Shown here one piece after another: positions 29,641-40,440 of a stretch of DNA of 64,000 nt. The DNA is from an uncultured delta proteobacterium. GTDB taxonomy: Bacteria > Desulfobacterota > Syntrophobacteria > Syntrophobacterales > Syntrophobacteraceae. Position 1 is the stretch's first letter; the number at the start of each line of letters is the position of its first letter. The position numbers and the translations under genes are program-made. Where the stretch lies: NCBI GenBank assembly GCA_963808625.1, contig CAWEHK010000019.1:41245-105244 (forward strand). The letters run 5' to 3'. The notes under the pieces are model-generated. The model was not told the DNA's origin. It made no database searches and saw only the letters and a program-made list of their open reading frames with translations.

Positions 29641-30930
29641 TCAGTGTTTGAATGCCCGCTGTCCCGTAAAAACCATGGTCACATTGGCTTCATTACAGGC
29701 TTCAATGACTTCCCAATCGCGCATCGAGCCGCCCGGTTGAACCACGGCGGTTATCCCCTGACGAATGCCCACGTCGACACCATCCCGAAAGGGGAAGAAG
29801 GCATCGGATACCATGGCCGCACCGATCAGGCCGCCTCGAGCTTCCCTGGTGTCGCTGTCAATGGCTGCTTTCTGTTCCAAAGGACGTTCGCCCTTTTCGA
29901 CGGCCAGTTCCAGTTCTTTGTACGGCATGCCGTGGCGATCGTAGCAAAGCGCATCGGCGTATTTCTGATAGGCTTTATAGACGGCGATTTCGGCAACGCC
30001 CACGCGATCCTGTTCGCCCGTGCCGATGCCGACCGTGCATTCATCCTTGATATAAAGAACCGAATTGGAGGTCACTCCCTGTTCCACAAACCAGCCAAAA
30101 AGGAGGTCCTGCATTTCCTGCGCGCTCGGTTCCCGGTTGATCCGGTAGGGCTTGCCACTGTAGGTGGTTTCTGCCAGGGCCAGGTCTTTGGCCCCTTGAA
30201 CCTTGTTCAGCGGGGATTGCTGGACAATCAGGCCACCATCGATGAGCGATTTGAAATCAACGAAACGCGCGGTCAGGTAGTCGGGCAGGCGATCAATCCT
30301 GGCTACCTGAATGATTCTCAGATTGGGGCGGCGCTTCAGAAGCGCCAGGGTCCCTTCCTCGTAATCCGGCGCCGCAACCACCTCGAGGTAATTCTCGGCA
30401 ATGAGAGACGCGGTTTCTTTGTCGACCGCGCGGTTGAGCACGAGACAGCCGCCGAAGGCGGCAATGCGATCCGCGCGATTGGCTCGAAAGTAAGCATCAG
30501 TCAGGGTCTTGCCGTAAGCGGCGCCGCACGGGTTATTGTGCTTGAGGATCACGGCGGCCGGCTTTGCCATCAGGTATTTCAGAATATTAAGCCCGTTATC
30601 GAGGTCCGTGAGATTGATTTTCCCGGGGTGCTTGCCCTCCTGCAGCATGTCCTCTTCTTTAATGGCACTCACGAGGCCGTTGTCGGGATCGATGAAGCGA
30701 CAGCCGCCAAGCGCAAGATGACCGCCAAGCAACTCGTAGAGAGCCGCCTCCTGTCCGGGATTTTCACCGTAACGCAAGCCCTTTTCGATGAGTTCGCCCG
30801 ATTTCTCATCCGGAAATTTCCAGCTTCGTTTGCGATAGAGCAGCTCTTGATCGCCAAAACTGATGCGCAGGCTCTCCGGAAAGTGGTCCTCCATAACCGT
30901 ACGGTACATTTTTTTTAAGTCCTGGCTCAT
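29641..30930 (-). CDS. purH: PurH-like AICAR transformylase, short form
   Basis: LRYGENP.Q.A, KHNNPCG, AFGG, SDAFFPF.D, QPGGS.RD, R.FKH. No N-terminal MGS-like domain. Confidence 0.85.
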   Translation of the reverse strand: MSQDLKKMYRTVMEDHFPESLRISFGDQELLYRKRSWKFPDEKSGELIEKGLRYGENPGQEAALYELLGGHLALGGCRFIDPDNGLVSAIKEEDMLQEGKHPGKINLTDLDNGLNILKYLMAKPAAVILKHNNPCGAAYGKTLTDAYFRANRADRIAAFGGCLVLNRAVDKETASLIAENYLEVVAAPDYEEGTLALLKRRPNLRIIQVARIDRLPDYLTARFVDFKSLIDGGLIVQQSPLNKVQGAKDLALAETTYSGKPYRINREPSAQEMQDLLFGWFVEQGVTSNSVLYIKDECTVGIGTGEQDRVGVAEIAVYKAYQKYADALCYDRHGMPYKELELAVEKGERPLEQKAAIDSDTREARGGLIGAAMVSDAFFPFRDGVDVGIRQGITAVVQPGGSMRDWEVIEACNEANVTMVFTGQRAFKH

Positions 30931-31004
30931 GGCAAATCCTCCTCAATAAAAGAAGCCCGGATCATCTCCAGGCTTCCAATACAAACACTGAAAAACGATT
31001 CGAA

Positions 31005-32320
31005 TCAGAATTTATAGCCCAGGCTGCAGCCGATCATGTTGGCATGGCCATTCGAGAATTCGGATTGATAAACGGGCGAAAGCACATTTCCATGCGGCGG
31101 CACATCATCGCGATCGGTAATCAGAAGGTACGCATAGGAGAGGTCCAGGCTCCAGTTTTTCCAATGGAACCCCGGGCCAAAACTGAAGAGAAACCGATCG
31201 TTAGCCGGGACAAGGTAATCCGCGTAGGCGCTGTCAAAGGCTTCCTTGTCCCAGGCGAAACCCGCGCGAAGGTCCAGCCACTTTGTTGTCTTGTATTCGG
31301 CCCCCAGGCTGAGGCGCCAGCTGTCATGCCAGTTCTTTGGCTCGACGATATAGTGTACCGAGTCCCGGTACGGGTGCGGTCCCGTAGCTGATGGCCAATT
31401 CGTTGTAGGTACTCCACCGTGTCCAAATGGCGTCGACTTCAAGACTGAGGTCCTTGATCGGATAAAAGGCGGCACCCAAAAACAGCTCATCGGGAAGCGT
31501 AATATCCCCACTGGCGCTGGTGGTGTTAAAATAGTTGGCGGAGCCTGGAATAGCAGCAAATTTGGGCGATTTCGTGAATGTGGCCGTCCCGCTCACGCTT
31601 TGCTTTACCTGGGTTCGATAGGACATCCCCAGTTTCATCCAGTCGCAGGCATTGTAATGAATGCCAAAATTGAACCCATACCCGACGCTGTCTCCTTCAA
31701 GCGAGCGATCCACATCAAATGAGGCATCACCTGGCCGGTTTATTAACAACCCCCCGGGGATCTTCCGCTTCAGGGTCAAATCAAAGTACATGATATCGAA
31801 ACCGGCGGCGAACGAGACCTGGTCGTTCAGCTTGAAGGCTATGGTGGGATTGATGTTGATCGTCTCAATGACCGCCTCATAGCTATTATACCGCCCCGGC
31901 CAGTTCTGGTCAAATTCAGTACCGAGTCCGAAAGGGGAGAAGATCCCCAGGCCAAACCAGACCAGGTCGGTGGCCTGGTAGCTGAGGTAAAAATGGGGTG
32001 GGAACCACACATTGTCCTCGGTCGAGGTGGTCGTGGTGGTCACGCCCGTCTGACCCCGGCACATGAGTGGTCACATCGGTCGTGGGCATGATAAAAGTGG
32101 CGCCCGCCATCACCTGTAACCCCGGGAGCTGGGTGATACCGGCAGGGTTAAAGAAGAGCGCCGAGGGATCGTCAGCCTTTCCAGCCATAGCGCCTGCCAT
32201 AGCGTTCCCCCGAGCGCTGGCCTCATACAGTGCAAAACCGGCACCATCACACAAGCCGGCGTTGAACACCATGCCGGTCGCGACCACCAGCAACAAGAAC
32301 AACCGTGACGTCACCTTCAT
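31005..32320 (-). CDS. fadL: OmpP1/FadL family outer-membrane transporter (frameshifts near 32065 and 31350)
   Basis: AGFALYE.SA...AMAGA, DDPSALFFNPAGI.QL, PFGLGTE, ININPTIAFK, C-terminal YKF. Confidence 0.85.
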
Positions 32321-32853
32321 TTTAACCCTCCTCCCTCGCTGGAACTCCAAAATTTCCCTTTGTCTAGCCCCTGTCCCAAAGTTTTCCGGTTTTCCAGAAT
32401 GCCCCAGGATATCAGGACGACAGCAAAGACCCACACCTCGCCACCGCTAATGAGACGGCCTCAGGCGGCGGTTTTCCCGTGGGAGAAACATACCGCCCCC
32501 AAGTATCGTTCTTTGCAACAAGTACTCGACCAGTTTTCATGACCGGGGCAAAACCGGAAATCATGAAAACGGGCATCCGCCGACATGGTCGGCTATATAA
32601 TTGGCGCCGCTCCGGCAGGGCAGTTCACCGCCGGCCACTATTTTTCCCAAGATTATTTAAGAATCAGAATTTCCAGGTAAAGCTGCCAGAAGCTAGCAAA
32701 GTCAAAAGTCTCCGTCAAGGAAAATCCTGCTCCATGCAGGCCCCGTAAGGCCTTGCAAACAAAGCGTAAATCTCGATCCGGCAAACTCCCCATGCAAAAA
32801 AGAGACCCCGTACCGTCAAAATATGGTAATGAAGAAGACTCTGGTGAGCTCTG

Positions 32854-33011
32854 CTAGGAGGCTGTCTGAAAATTGGTCGAAGGTTATGGGGCAGCGGCGA
32901 TCAAACCTTGTAGGAGTCGGCTTCCAGCCGCGACTAAATCTAAATCGCGGCAAGATGCCGCTCCTACAGATGGACTGACCAGTTGCATGTCATTTTCAGA
33001 CAGGCTCCTAG
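32854..33011. mobile_element. MITE-like element (19-bp IR including terminal CTAG) enclosing a GTAG REP doublet
   Basis: CTAGGAGGCTGTCTGAAAA ... TTTTCAGACAGGCTCCTAG; inner TGTAGGAGTCGGCTTCCAGCCGCGA...TCGCGGCAAGATGCCGCTCCTACA. Confidence 0.7.
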
Positions 33012-33094
33012 TGAGCGATACCTGCCAGGTGAATGATTGACGCCCGGCTCCGGGCCCTTCCAAGTAAACGTTTACGCCGAGGAGCAAGAAAAAA

Positions 33095-34180
33095 ATGGAG
33101 AATTGGCAGCCTCTTGCCGCTACCACGATGGTTGGCAGCATGCCCCACAAAGATCGCGACAAGGTCATCGAGCTCATTCTCAAAACCTTCACGGAGGTGC
33201 CGGTGTGGCCCCAGTTCCCTTCCTTCCAGCCGGAACAGATGATGATTCAGTATCTGGAGGGTCTGCCGGGGGTCCGCGTGGAGCAGGGACAGGTGCTGGT
33301 CCGGATTGATGCTCCGCAGTTCGAACAGGAGCTGATCGAATTCTATGCAGATTATCTGGAAGTGGAAGAAGGGGGCGGGGACCTCGAAGGTTCCAGGTTT
33401 GCAATGGGCCCGGAGACAGGGATAAGCTTCTTTCGGTTTCTCGATAGGATGGAGCGAATCCCCCCCTCCTTTCGGGCGCTGAAGGGCCAAATCGTTGGTC
33501 CCTTCACCCTGCTGACCATGCTCAAGGACCGCCAGGATCGAGCCCTCATTTACCATGAACAAATGCTGGATGTGGTGGTCAAGCATCTGGCCATGAAAGC
33601 CAAGTGGCAAATCCGCCGACTCAAATCGTTCGGACGTCCGGTGATCCTGTTTCTTGACGAACCGGCCCTGGCCGGGTTTGGGTCGTCCGCATTCATAGCC
33701 ATTTCTGAGGAACTGGTACAGAGAATGCTCCGAGAGGTCGTTGATGCGGTTCATCAAGCCGGGGCCCTCGCGGGTGTGCACATTTGCGCCAACACGGCTT
33801 GGGACCTGGTGTTCAAAAGCGGGGTGGATATAATAAATTTCGATGCCTACAACTACTTCGAGAAATTCGCCCTCTACCGCGAATCATTTCTGAAATTCAT
33901 CGAACAGGGCCATTTCATGGCCTGGGGCGTGGTCCCGACGAACGATCCCGAGGTCATTCTGGGGGAAAGTTCCCAGGGCCTTGCCAACCGTTGGTTAGAA
34001 CGCATAGAAGAGCTTGTGACGCCGTCTGTTTCCCGCTCTAAGATCCTCTCACAGTCGCTCTTTACCCCGAGTTGCGGCTGCGGCTGCCTTTCTGAGACGG
34101 CCGCAGAACGGGTGGTGCAATTGACCAGGCAACTGGGACAAATAATGCAGAGATCTCTTATGTTTATACTCTTTGGTTGA
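33095..34180 (+). CDS. Single-barrel MetE-like (core methionine synthase/URO-D-like) protein
   Basis: VGSMPH, WPQFP, KGQIVGPFT, FLDEP, GVHIC, WGVVPT, TPSCG. Confidence 0.7.
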   Translation: MENWQPLAATTMVGSMPHKDRDKVIELILKTFTEVPVWPQFPSFQPEQMMIQYLEGLPGVRVEQGQVLVRIDAPQFEQELIEFYADYLEVEEGGGDLEGSRFAMGPETGISFFRFLDRMERIPPSFRALKGQIVGPFTLLTMLKDRQDRALIYHEQMLDVVVKHLAMKAKWQIRRLKSFGRPVILFLDEPALAGFGSSAFIAISEELVQRMLREVVDAVHQAGALAGVHICANTAWDLVFKSGVDIINFDAYNYFEKFALYRESFLKFIEQGHFMAWGVVPTNDPEVILGESSQGLANRWLERIEELVTPSVSRSKILSQSLFTPSCGCGCLSETAAERVVQLTRQLGQIMQRSLMFILFG

Positions 34181-34711
34181 GATTCATTGGTAGATGCATC
34201 GAGGCATATCAGGTTCATACGAAAGACGCGTTCTCCGGGGAGAGATCTTTTGACAACGAGATTATTAGTTTATTACGTTAGGTACGCTATTGCGAGAACA
34301 AGGGTGATTTTTGCCAATCCCTCTCAGCACAACATATTTCCAGTTCGACTATTTTACACTGCTCATGGCGCCTTGGTTTAGCTTTCTGGCCTCCCCTCCG
34401 TGGTCGGGAAACGGAGGGGAGAGACAACGCAGGAGTGTATACTTTTCATTTTCGCTTTGAGGCAAAAGAGATAAAGGGGTCAGAAGGCGGACTCGCGTCA
34501 GACCTTACGGGCGGGGCCGGCAACCATCCCAAAGCCAACCTGCAAGTCATCAGCAAGACAGAAAAATTATAGTTTTTTGAGATTTAGAACATTGCCCGCC
34601 GTGACGTTCACGGCTGCCCGCCTCGACGGGGCCTTCAAGAGCTCCAACCGGGAAAATGGCAGTTATTTGAGAATCCTTCAGAGGGTGTACTGCAAAGGTA
34701 GGGTGATCACG

Positions 34712-35128
34712 ATGCAAGTCGAATACAAGAACATCGATCCCAAACTCATCGTCAATGAGATCCGAAACGGCCGTTCGCTGGAATCCGTGCAAAAGCTGTT
34801 TGGGCTCAAGTTCAAGAGTGAAGTCCAGGATCTGTACCTGCGCGGGCTGATGGAACTGGGTGAGATTCCCCAGGTGGCATTCAACAAGACAACCTCGCCG
34901 CCATTGCCTGCGTCAAAGCCGGGACCGCCTATTGCGCGTCGTCCTGGCGGGAACAATGCACCGCCCCCCATGCTCATCCAGACCTCCAACTTCCGCACCA
35001 TTGGTCAAAGCGGCAGCATTACCCTGAATAAGACACTCCTGATTGAACAGTTGGGATTCCAGGTCGGAGACTTGTTTGAAATCTACCGTGAAGATGACAG
35101 GGTGGTCCTGAAGAAAGCAGGGTCGTAA
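34712..35128 (+). CDS. Hypothetical protein with C-terminal AbrB/MazE-like domain
   Basis: IGQSGSITL.K.L..QLGF.VGD.FEI..EDDRVVLKK pattern after a Pro-rich linker. Confidence 0.6.
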   Translation: MQVEYKNIDPKLIVNEIRNGRSLESVQKLFGLKFKSEVQDLYLRGLMELGEIPQVAFNKTTSPPLPASKPGPPIARRPGGNNAPPPMLIQTSNFRTIGQSGSITLNKTLLIEQLGFQVGDLFEIYREDDRVVLKKAGS

Positions 35129-35189
35129 GACTAGCGCTTGTTGCTTCAAGCCCTTTTCCACCCCGCGACCCGGGCAGGTTCCCATCGTA

Positions 35190-35861
35190 CTAGCGTCGCA
35201 GACTGTTGAGCACGTGCAGGAACCGCCATAAGGCAGTCAGGTTCGTTCCGAGCGCCAGGATCACAAGCACCACAAGTAAAACAAGGTCCTGCAGCGACTG
35301 CTGATTTCGCAACCCGGCAAAGAGGTTCACCACCGGATTGACCAGGCCGGCAAAACCCAGCAGCACAATCCGCTCCCCTCTCTGAAACATTCCCGCGAGG
35401 CAGCGTACGCCAAGTCCTTCGGCACGGGCACGAGTATAGCTGACCATCAAAGACCCAAACAGGATGAGCAGCATGGTGAGTGAGACCAGCGGTGTTGTCG
35501 CGCCCTGGCGATAGAAATAGCACCAGATTCCCAGGTAGATGATCAGCTCCGTGTAGCGATCCAGCACCGAATCCAGGAAGGCGCCGAACTTCCGGCTCTG
35601 CCCCAGCGCCCTTGCCAGACCACCATCGAGGGTGTCGAACAGACCGGTCAACAGGGTGAAAAGGCCGCCAAAGAAAGGGTAATAAACAAAGGAAACCCCG
35701 GCCATCACACTGCTCAGAAGTCCCAGGAACGAAACATGGTTGGGCGTTAACTTCAGCTGGATCAGCCAGGGAATCAGGCGGCGATTAAGTAAGCTATAGT
35801 ATTCCGTTTCAAGCGCTGTTCCTTTGAGCATACGTAACCTTCGATCAGGATCAAGATGCAT
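35190..35861 (-). CDS. CDP-alcohol phosphatidyltransferase family protein
   Basis: TPN.VS, D.LDG.LAR...S.FGAFLDSVLDRY, SY.RARAE.LG, RGER. Confidence 0.9.
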   Translation of the reverse strand: MHLDPDRRLRMLKGTALETEYYSLLNRRLIPWLIQLKLTPNHVSFLGLLSSVMAGVSFVYYPFFGGLFTLLTGLFDTLDGGLARALGQSRKFGAFLDSVLDRYTELIIYLGIWCYFYRQGATTPLVSLTMLLILFGSLMVSYTRARAEGLGVRCLAGMFQRGERIVLLGFAGLVNPVVNLFAGLRNQQSLQDLVLLVVLVILALGTNLTALWRFLHVLNSLRR

Positions 35862-35970
35862 GGAGCCGAGGCATACGGGAAATTCTATAGCTGAAGAAGG
35901 TCAATTCTCTTTCTCGCTAAACTAAGGTCGCCAGCCACTTCCATTTGTGGAAGCAGCTTGTTTGGACTCT

Positions 35971-37236
35971 TTATTCCGGCTTCAAGGCCACCCCGGAACC
36001 CGTTTCCTTAAAAAGAGCGAAAGCCAGCAGAGGGTATTCATTCAATCGTACCTCCAGTTCCCTTCCCACGGCTACTTCTACCACATGAGGTTCCAAAATG
36101 ACATAGCCAAAACAATCCCTGACCAGGGCGAAGACCGACGCACCCTTCGGCTCAACCGGAACGAACCGGGGCGGCGCCGTTTCCAGGTTCAGCATTCCCC
36201 TGACGGCTCGATAGAATCCGGGCTTCTGCTTGAGGGGCTTTTGGAGCCTGGCTGCGATCAGTGGACCGGGAATTCCCTGGAGCCCCTGCCAACGGCGCAG
36301 CATGGGGGCCGCGAGTTCGGCAAAGACAATTTGCGCCGCCCAGGGATTACCGGAGACACCGAGGAAGACCTGCCCGCCCCTCACCCCCAGGGCGGTGTTC
36401 TTCCCCGGCGTGAGGTTGATTCCCCTGAACAGCACCCGCACCCCGAGCCGTTTCCATGCCTCCATCATAAAGTCCCTGTCCCCCTTGCCCATGCCTCCGG
36501 TGGTAATAACCAGATCGGCAGCGACACCCTGCAAGCGATCGGCGATGATTCGAGGCTCATCCCGGACCACCCCCAGGCGGCTTGGCATCCCTCCCTGAAG
36601 CTGGGTCAGCCAGGCGAGCAGATGCATGTTATTGCAGTAGGTAAAGGGACCTTTTTCAACGGCGCCCAGGGCCCTCACCTCGTCCCCCGTGGCGAGCAGA
36701 GCGACTCGCGGCTGCCGATAGACGGCAACCCGGTCATGTCCCAGGCCGGCCATGAGCGCCAGTCGCACGGCGGTAAGGACCGTTCCCCGGGAGAGCAGAA
36801 ATTCGCTTTCCTTTACCTCGTCTCCGGGAAGGGTTACGCCGTTTCCGTGAGCATAGGTTCGGGTAAGGCGAAGGTTTTCCCCCTCGACGGCGACCTCCTC
36901 GTCGGGAGCAACGGCATCGGCAGACGGCGGAAGGGGCGCCCCGGTAAGAATGCGCACGGCCTCTCCGGAATGGATGGCAACCGCCGCAACATGCCCGGCG
37001 GCAAGGCGCTCGCTCCTGACCCTCAGCAGAACCGGGGTGTCGGGAGTGGCCCCACGTGTGTCGGCGCTGCGCAGGGCAAAGCCATCAAGGCGGGAGCGGG
37101 ATTCGCCGGGAAGATTGCGATCGGCGACAACCCTTTGGGCAAGGACCCGCCCGAGAGCGTCTTCAATCCGCACGCTTTCGATTTCCAGGGGCGCGATGAG
37201 TCCGGAAGCCAACTGCCGGGCCTCGTTCAGGTCCAT
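35971..37236 (-). CDS. moeA: Molybdopterin molybdotransferase
   Basis: ALGRVLA, S.LDGFA, ILTGAPLP..ADAV, ATGDE, ITTGG...GD.DF, GNP. Confidence 0.9.
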   Translation of the reverse strand: MDLNEARQLASGLIAPLEIESVRIEDALGRVLAQRVVADRNLPGESRSRLDGFALRSADTRGATPDTPVLLRVRSERLAAGHVAAVAIHSGEAVRILTGAPLPPSADAVAPDEEVAVEGENLRLTRTYAHGNGVTLPGDEVKESEFLLSRGTVLTAVRLALMAGLGHDRVAVYRQPRVALLATGDEVRALGAVEKGPFTYCNNMHLLAWLTQLQGGMPSRLGVVRDEPRIIADRLQGVAADLVITTGGMGKGDRDFMMEAWKRLGVRVLFRGINLTPGKNTALGVRGGQVFLGVSGNPWAAQIVFAELAAPMLRRWQGLQGIPGPLIAARLQKPLKQKPGFYRAVRGMLNLETAPPRFVPVEPKGASVFALVRDCFGYVILEPHVVEVAVGRELEVRLNEYPLLAFALFKETGSGVALKPE

Positions 37237-37802
37237 TGCAACTCCTCCAGGTTTTCCGGAGTGTTGACGTTCTTGAAGCTGAGGCCCTCAGGGTCGACCT
37301 TGCGCCATTCCTTTTCCGGGAGTTCTTTCACTTTGACTTTCCGGTAGAAACTGGTGACCTTCCTCTCACCCTTCTCCAGAGCTGCTGCGATGGGGGCGAG
37401 ACAGCGGCGGGAATAAATCGCCAGGAGCGGTTCCGGGCGACCGTTGAGGATCGGGACCACGGCATCGCAACCTTCCTTCAACGAAGACATCTTCCTGGCC
37501 AATTCCTCAACCAGGAAGGGCATATCGGTGGCTTTGAGGAAAACCCAGTCATGAGGGCTGAAAAGAAGCGCCGTGAACACGCCCCCAAGAGGCCCCTGGT
37601 CCCTTACCACATCCTGCACCAGGGTGGCTCGAACATGAAGATAAGGAAGCACGTCATTGGCGATTACCAGGACGGGATCGCCAAAGCCACTCAATGACGC
37701 CACCGCGCGCTCGATGAGGCTTTTCCCTCGAAAGGTCTCGAGGGCCTTATTTCTTCCGTACCGCAGGCTCTTGCCTCCGGCGAGGATCGCTCCCGTAACC
37801 AT
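37227..37802 (-). CDS. mobA: Molybdenum cofactor guanylyltransferase
   Basis: ILAGGKS.R.G.NKA, GPLGG, DMPF, EPL, NVNTPE. Confidence 0.92.
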   Translation of the reverse strand: MVTGAILAGGKSLRYGRNKALETFRGKSLIERAVASLSGFGDPVLVIANDVLPYLHVRATLVQDVVRDQGPLGGVFTALLFSPHDWVFLKATDMPFLVEELARKMSSLKEGCDAVVPILNGRPEPLLAIYSRRCLAPIAAALEKGERKVTSFYRKVKVKELPEKEWRKVDPEGLSFKNVNTPENLEELQWT

Positions 37803-38460
37803 TTATTCTTCTTCCAGCCGGATCTGGATCTCGATGTTTCGCGGCTGTTTCCATCCCCTCAGGCTGGCGAGCATACCGACGATTCCGCCGATGACAAAAT
37901 CCTGCACGAAGTCTTTCATCGGTATCTTCTTGCCGTCCGCAACCACCATGAGGCGAGACCTTTTGCGGCCTTTCAGAAACCGTTCTTCGAGCAGGTCGGC
38001 AACTCCGGATACTTCGTCGAAGCGGAAGCGGGGAATCTCGAGTTGAACCGGGTCTTCGGTTACAATCGCCAGCAGATTGTCCTTTGGCGTGCAGATGGGC
38101 TTGGCTTCAATTGCTGAGCGAAACACTTCGATTTTGGGAAAGTGAGATTGCTTATACCCTTCGGTAATCAAAATGTCCTCATCCCAGAAGCAGCGACCGG
38201 CGATCTGTTCGAGAGGCATCTCGGCCGCGGTTTGCCGAATCGCTGCCAACATCTGTGGGGAAGCGATGGCAACGGTCTGAGCGCCGGCCTTGCGATGCCG
38301 CCACGTATCTTTTCCTTCACGATCCATCTCAAAACCGTGAACATCGTGTTTCACGGTGCCGACCCGATAGCCCCGGCCCTCGAAGCTCGGGAATCAACTG
38401 CTCAAGAAACGTGGTTTTGCCGGAATTAGAAGCCCCAACGATGCAAATAATGGGCAACAT
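37803..38460 (-). CDS. mobB: Molybdopterin-guanine dinucleotide biosynthesis protein B (frameshift near 38375)
   Basis: MLPIICIVGASNSGKTT, then KHDVHGFEMD.EGKDT.RH, EGYK...PKIEV. Confidence 0.9.
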
Positions 38461-38637
38461 GGTGATTTCTCCTTTAGAATGGTTGTGCGCAATGCATGAA
38501 GATCGATCACAGACCTCGATGATCGCAGCACTATCGCACAGCCCCATAACACTGTCAATGTGGGGCTCGCCGCGCGCGATGCCATTGACCGGGCTGGGCG
38601 CGTGTGTTAGCTTGCCCGCGACTGGAGGTAATGAAAA

Positions 38638-39445
38638 GTGATTCCCTATCCTCATATCAATCCCGACGTGATTACCATCGGGCCGCTCCACGTCCGCTGG
38701 TACGGACTCATGTACGTCCTGGGGTTTCTGGCAGCCTACTTCCTGGTTCAGAAGCAGGATCGGTCCCGCGAGATGGGTCTGGTCGGCGCCACGGCCCAGG
38801 ACCTGATTTTTTACATAGCCATTGGTCTCATCGTTGGCGCCCGCCTGGGATATGTCGTTTTTTACGATTATAATGAATACCTGACTTATCTCAAGAATCC
38901 ACTGGAAATTATTGCCACCTGGCACGGTGGCATGTCCTTCCACGGCGGACTGCTGGGCTCGGTGATCGCCTGCTGGTGGTTCTGTCGGCGGCGAAAGCTT
39001 CCCTTGGCGGCGGTACTCGACAGCCTGGCGGTCACCGCTCCCATCGGTCTGGGTCTGGGTCGCCTCGGGAACTTCATCAATGGGGAACTGCTGGGACTTC
39101 CTTCCAATGTACCGTGGGCCATGGTCTTCCCCGACGGCGGCCCGCTTCCCCGGCATCCATCGCAGCTCTATGAGGCCGTCATGGAAGGTCCCGGTCCTCT
39201 TTTTCCTGCTCTGGTGGCTGCGCAAGCGCGGATTTCGAGACGGGATGATGATTGTCTTTTTCCTGCTCTTTTATGGTGTGATGCGGTTCTTCATAGAATT
39301 TTACAAGGAACCCGATCCTCAGATTGGGTATCTCTTCGGATACTTCACCATGGGACAGCTTCTTTGCCTCGCGATGATTCTCGCCTCGGGATTGTTGGCC
39401 CTTTTTCTCCGGCATGATCGGGCAAAGGAGCCCCGACATCCATGA
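38638..39445 (+). CDS. lgt: Prolipoprotein diacylglyceryl transferase (frameshift near 39195)
   Basis: RWYGLMY, GARLGYV, GGMSFHGG, GRLGNFINGEL, HPSQLYE, RFFIEF..EPD, TMGQ.L. Confidence 0.93.
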
Positions 39446-40440
39446 AGGCTTACCTGATAAAGAGGCTGCTGCAGATTATCCCGACCCTTCTCGGGATTAC
39501 GTTCATCACTTTTCTCATCATCCAACTGGCACCGGGAAGCCCTGCCGCACTGAAACTGCAGATGAGCGCCCAGGGCCAGATGAGCGATCGCACCATCTCC
39601 CAGCAGATCATTGAAGAGACCAAGAAGCTTTACGGCCTCGATAAGCCGCTGCCCATTCAGTACCTGCTCTGGGTCAAGCGGGTTTTTACGTTCGATTTCG
39701 GGACCTCCTACAAAGACCACCGCAGGGTCTGGGATAAGATCGCGGAACGACTGCCCATAACCATTCAGTTGAACATCATATCCATTTTCCTGGTCTATCT
39801 CATCGCCATCCCCTGCGGCATCTATTCTGCAACGCGTCCCGGGACCTTTGCCGATCGCCTGCTCACGTTGTTTTTCTTTTTCCTCTATTCGCTGCCAAGC
39901 TTCTGGGTTGCGGTTCTGCTGATCATGCTTTTTGGCGGCGGCGACTTCTGGGACATTTTGCCGGTTTACGGCATCTCGTCCATCGGTGCGGAAAATTGGC
40001 CTTTCTTTCCCTGGCTCGCTGACAGGATGTGGCACCTGGTGTTGCCGATCATCTGTCTCACCTATGCCGGCTTTGCCTATCTTTCACGACTCACGCGCGC
40101 CAACATGCTCGAGGTCATTCGGGAAGACTATATCCGGACCGCCCGTGCCAAGGGTTTGAGCGAGCGCCTGGTGATCTTCAAACACGCTCTTCGCAACGCT
40201 TTGCTGCCGATTGTGACGCTGCTCGCGTTTCTGCTGCCGGCGATGTTCGGGGGCAGTGTGATCATCGAAAGCATCTTTTCCATTCCGGGCATGGGCCAGC
40301 TCGGCTTTGAGGCCGTCCTGAGCCGCGACTACCCGGTAATCATGGCCATCACCACCATTTCCGCACTATTGACGCTGGCGGGATTGCTGCTCTCGGATGT
40401 CCTCTATGCCGTGCTCGATCCTCGCATCAAACTTGAATGA
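39442..40440 (+). CDS. Peptide/nickel ABC transporter permease (DppB/OppB-like)
   Basis: GLDKPL..QY, DYIRTARAKGL, HALRNA, RDYPV, DPRI. Confidence 0.92.
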   Translation: MKAYLIKRLLQIIPTLLGITFITFLIIQLAPGSPAALKLQMSAQGQMSDRTISQQIIEETKKLYGLDKPLPIQYLLWVKRVFTFDFGTSYKDHRRVWDKIAERLPITIQLNIISIFLVYLIAIPCGIYSATRPGTFADRLLTLFFFFLYSLPSFWVAVLLIMLFGGGDFWDILPVYGISSIGAENWPFFPWLADRMWHLVLPIICLTYAGFAYLSRLTRANMLEVIREDYIRTARAKGLSERLVIFKHALRNALLPIVTLLAFLLPAMFGGSVIIESIFSIPGMGQLGFEAVLSRDYPVIMAITTISALLTLAGLLLSDVLYAVLDPRIKLE

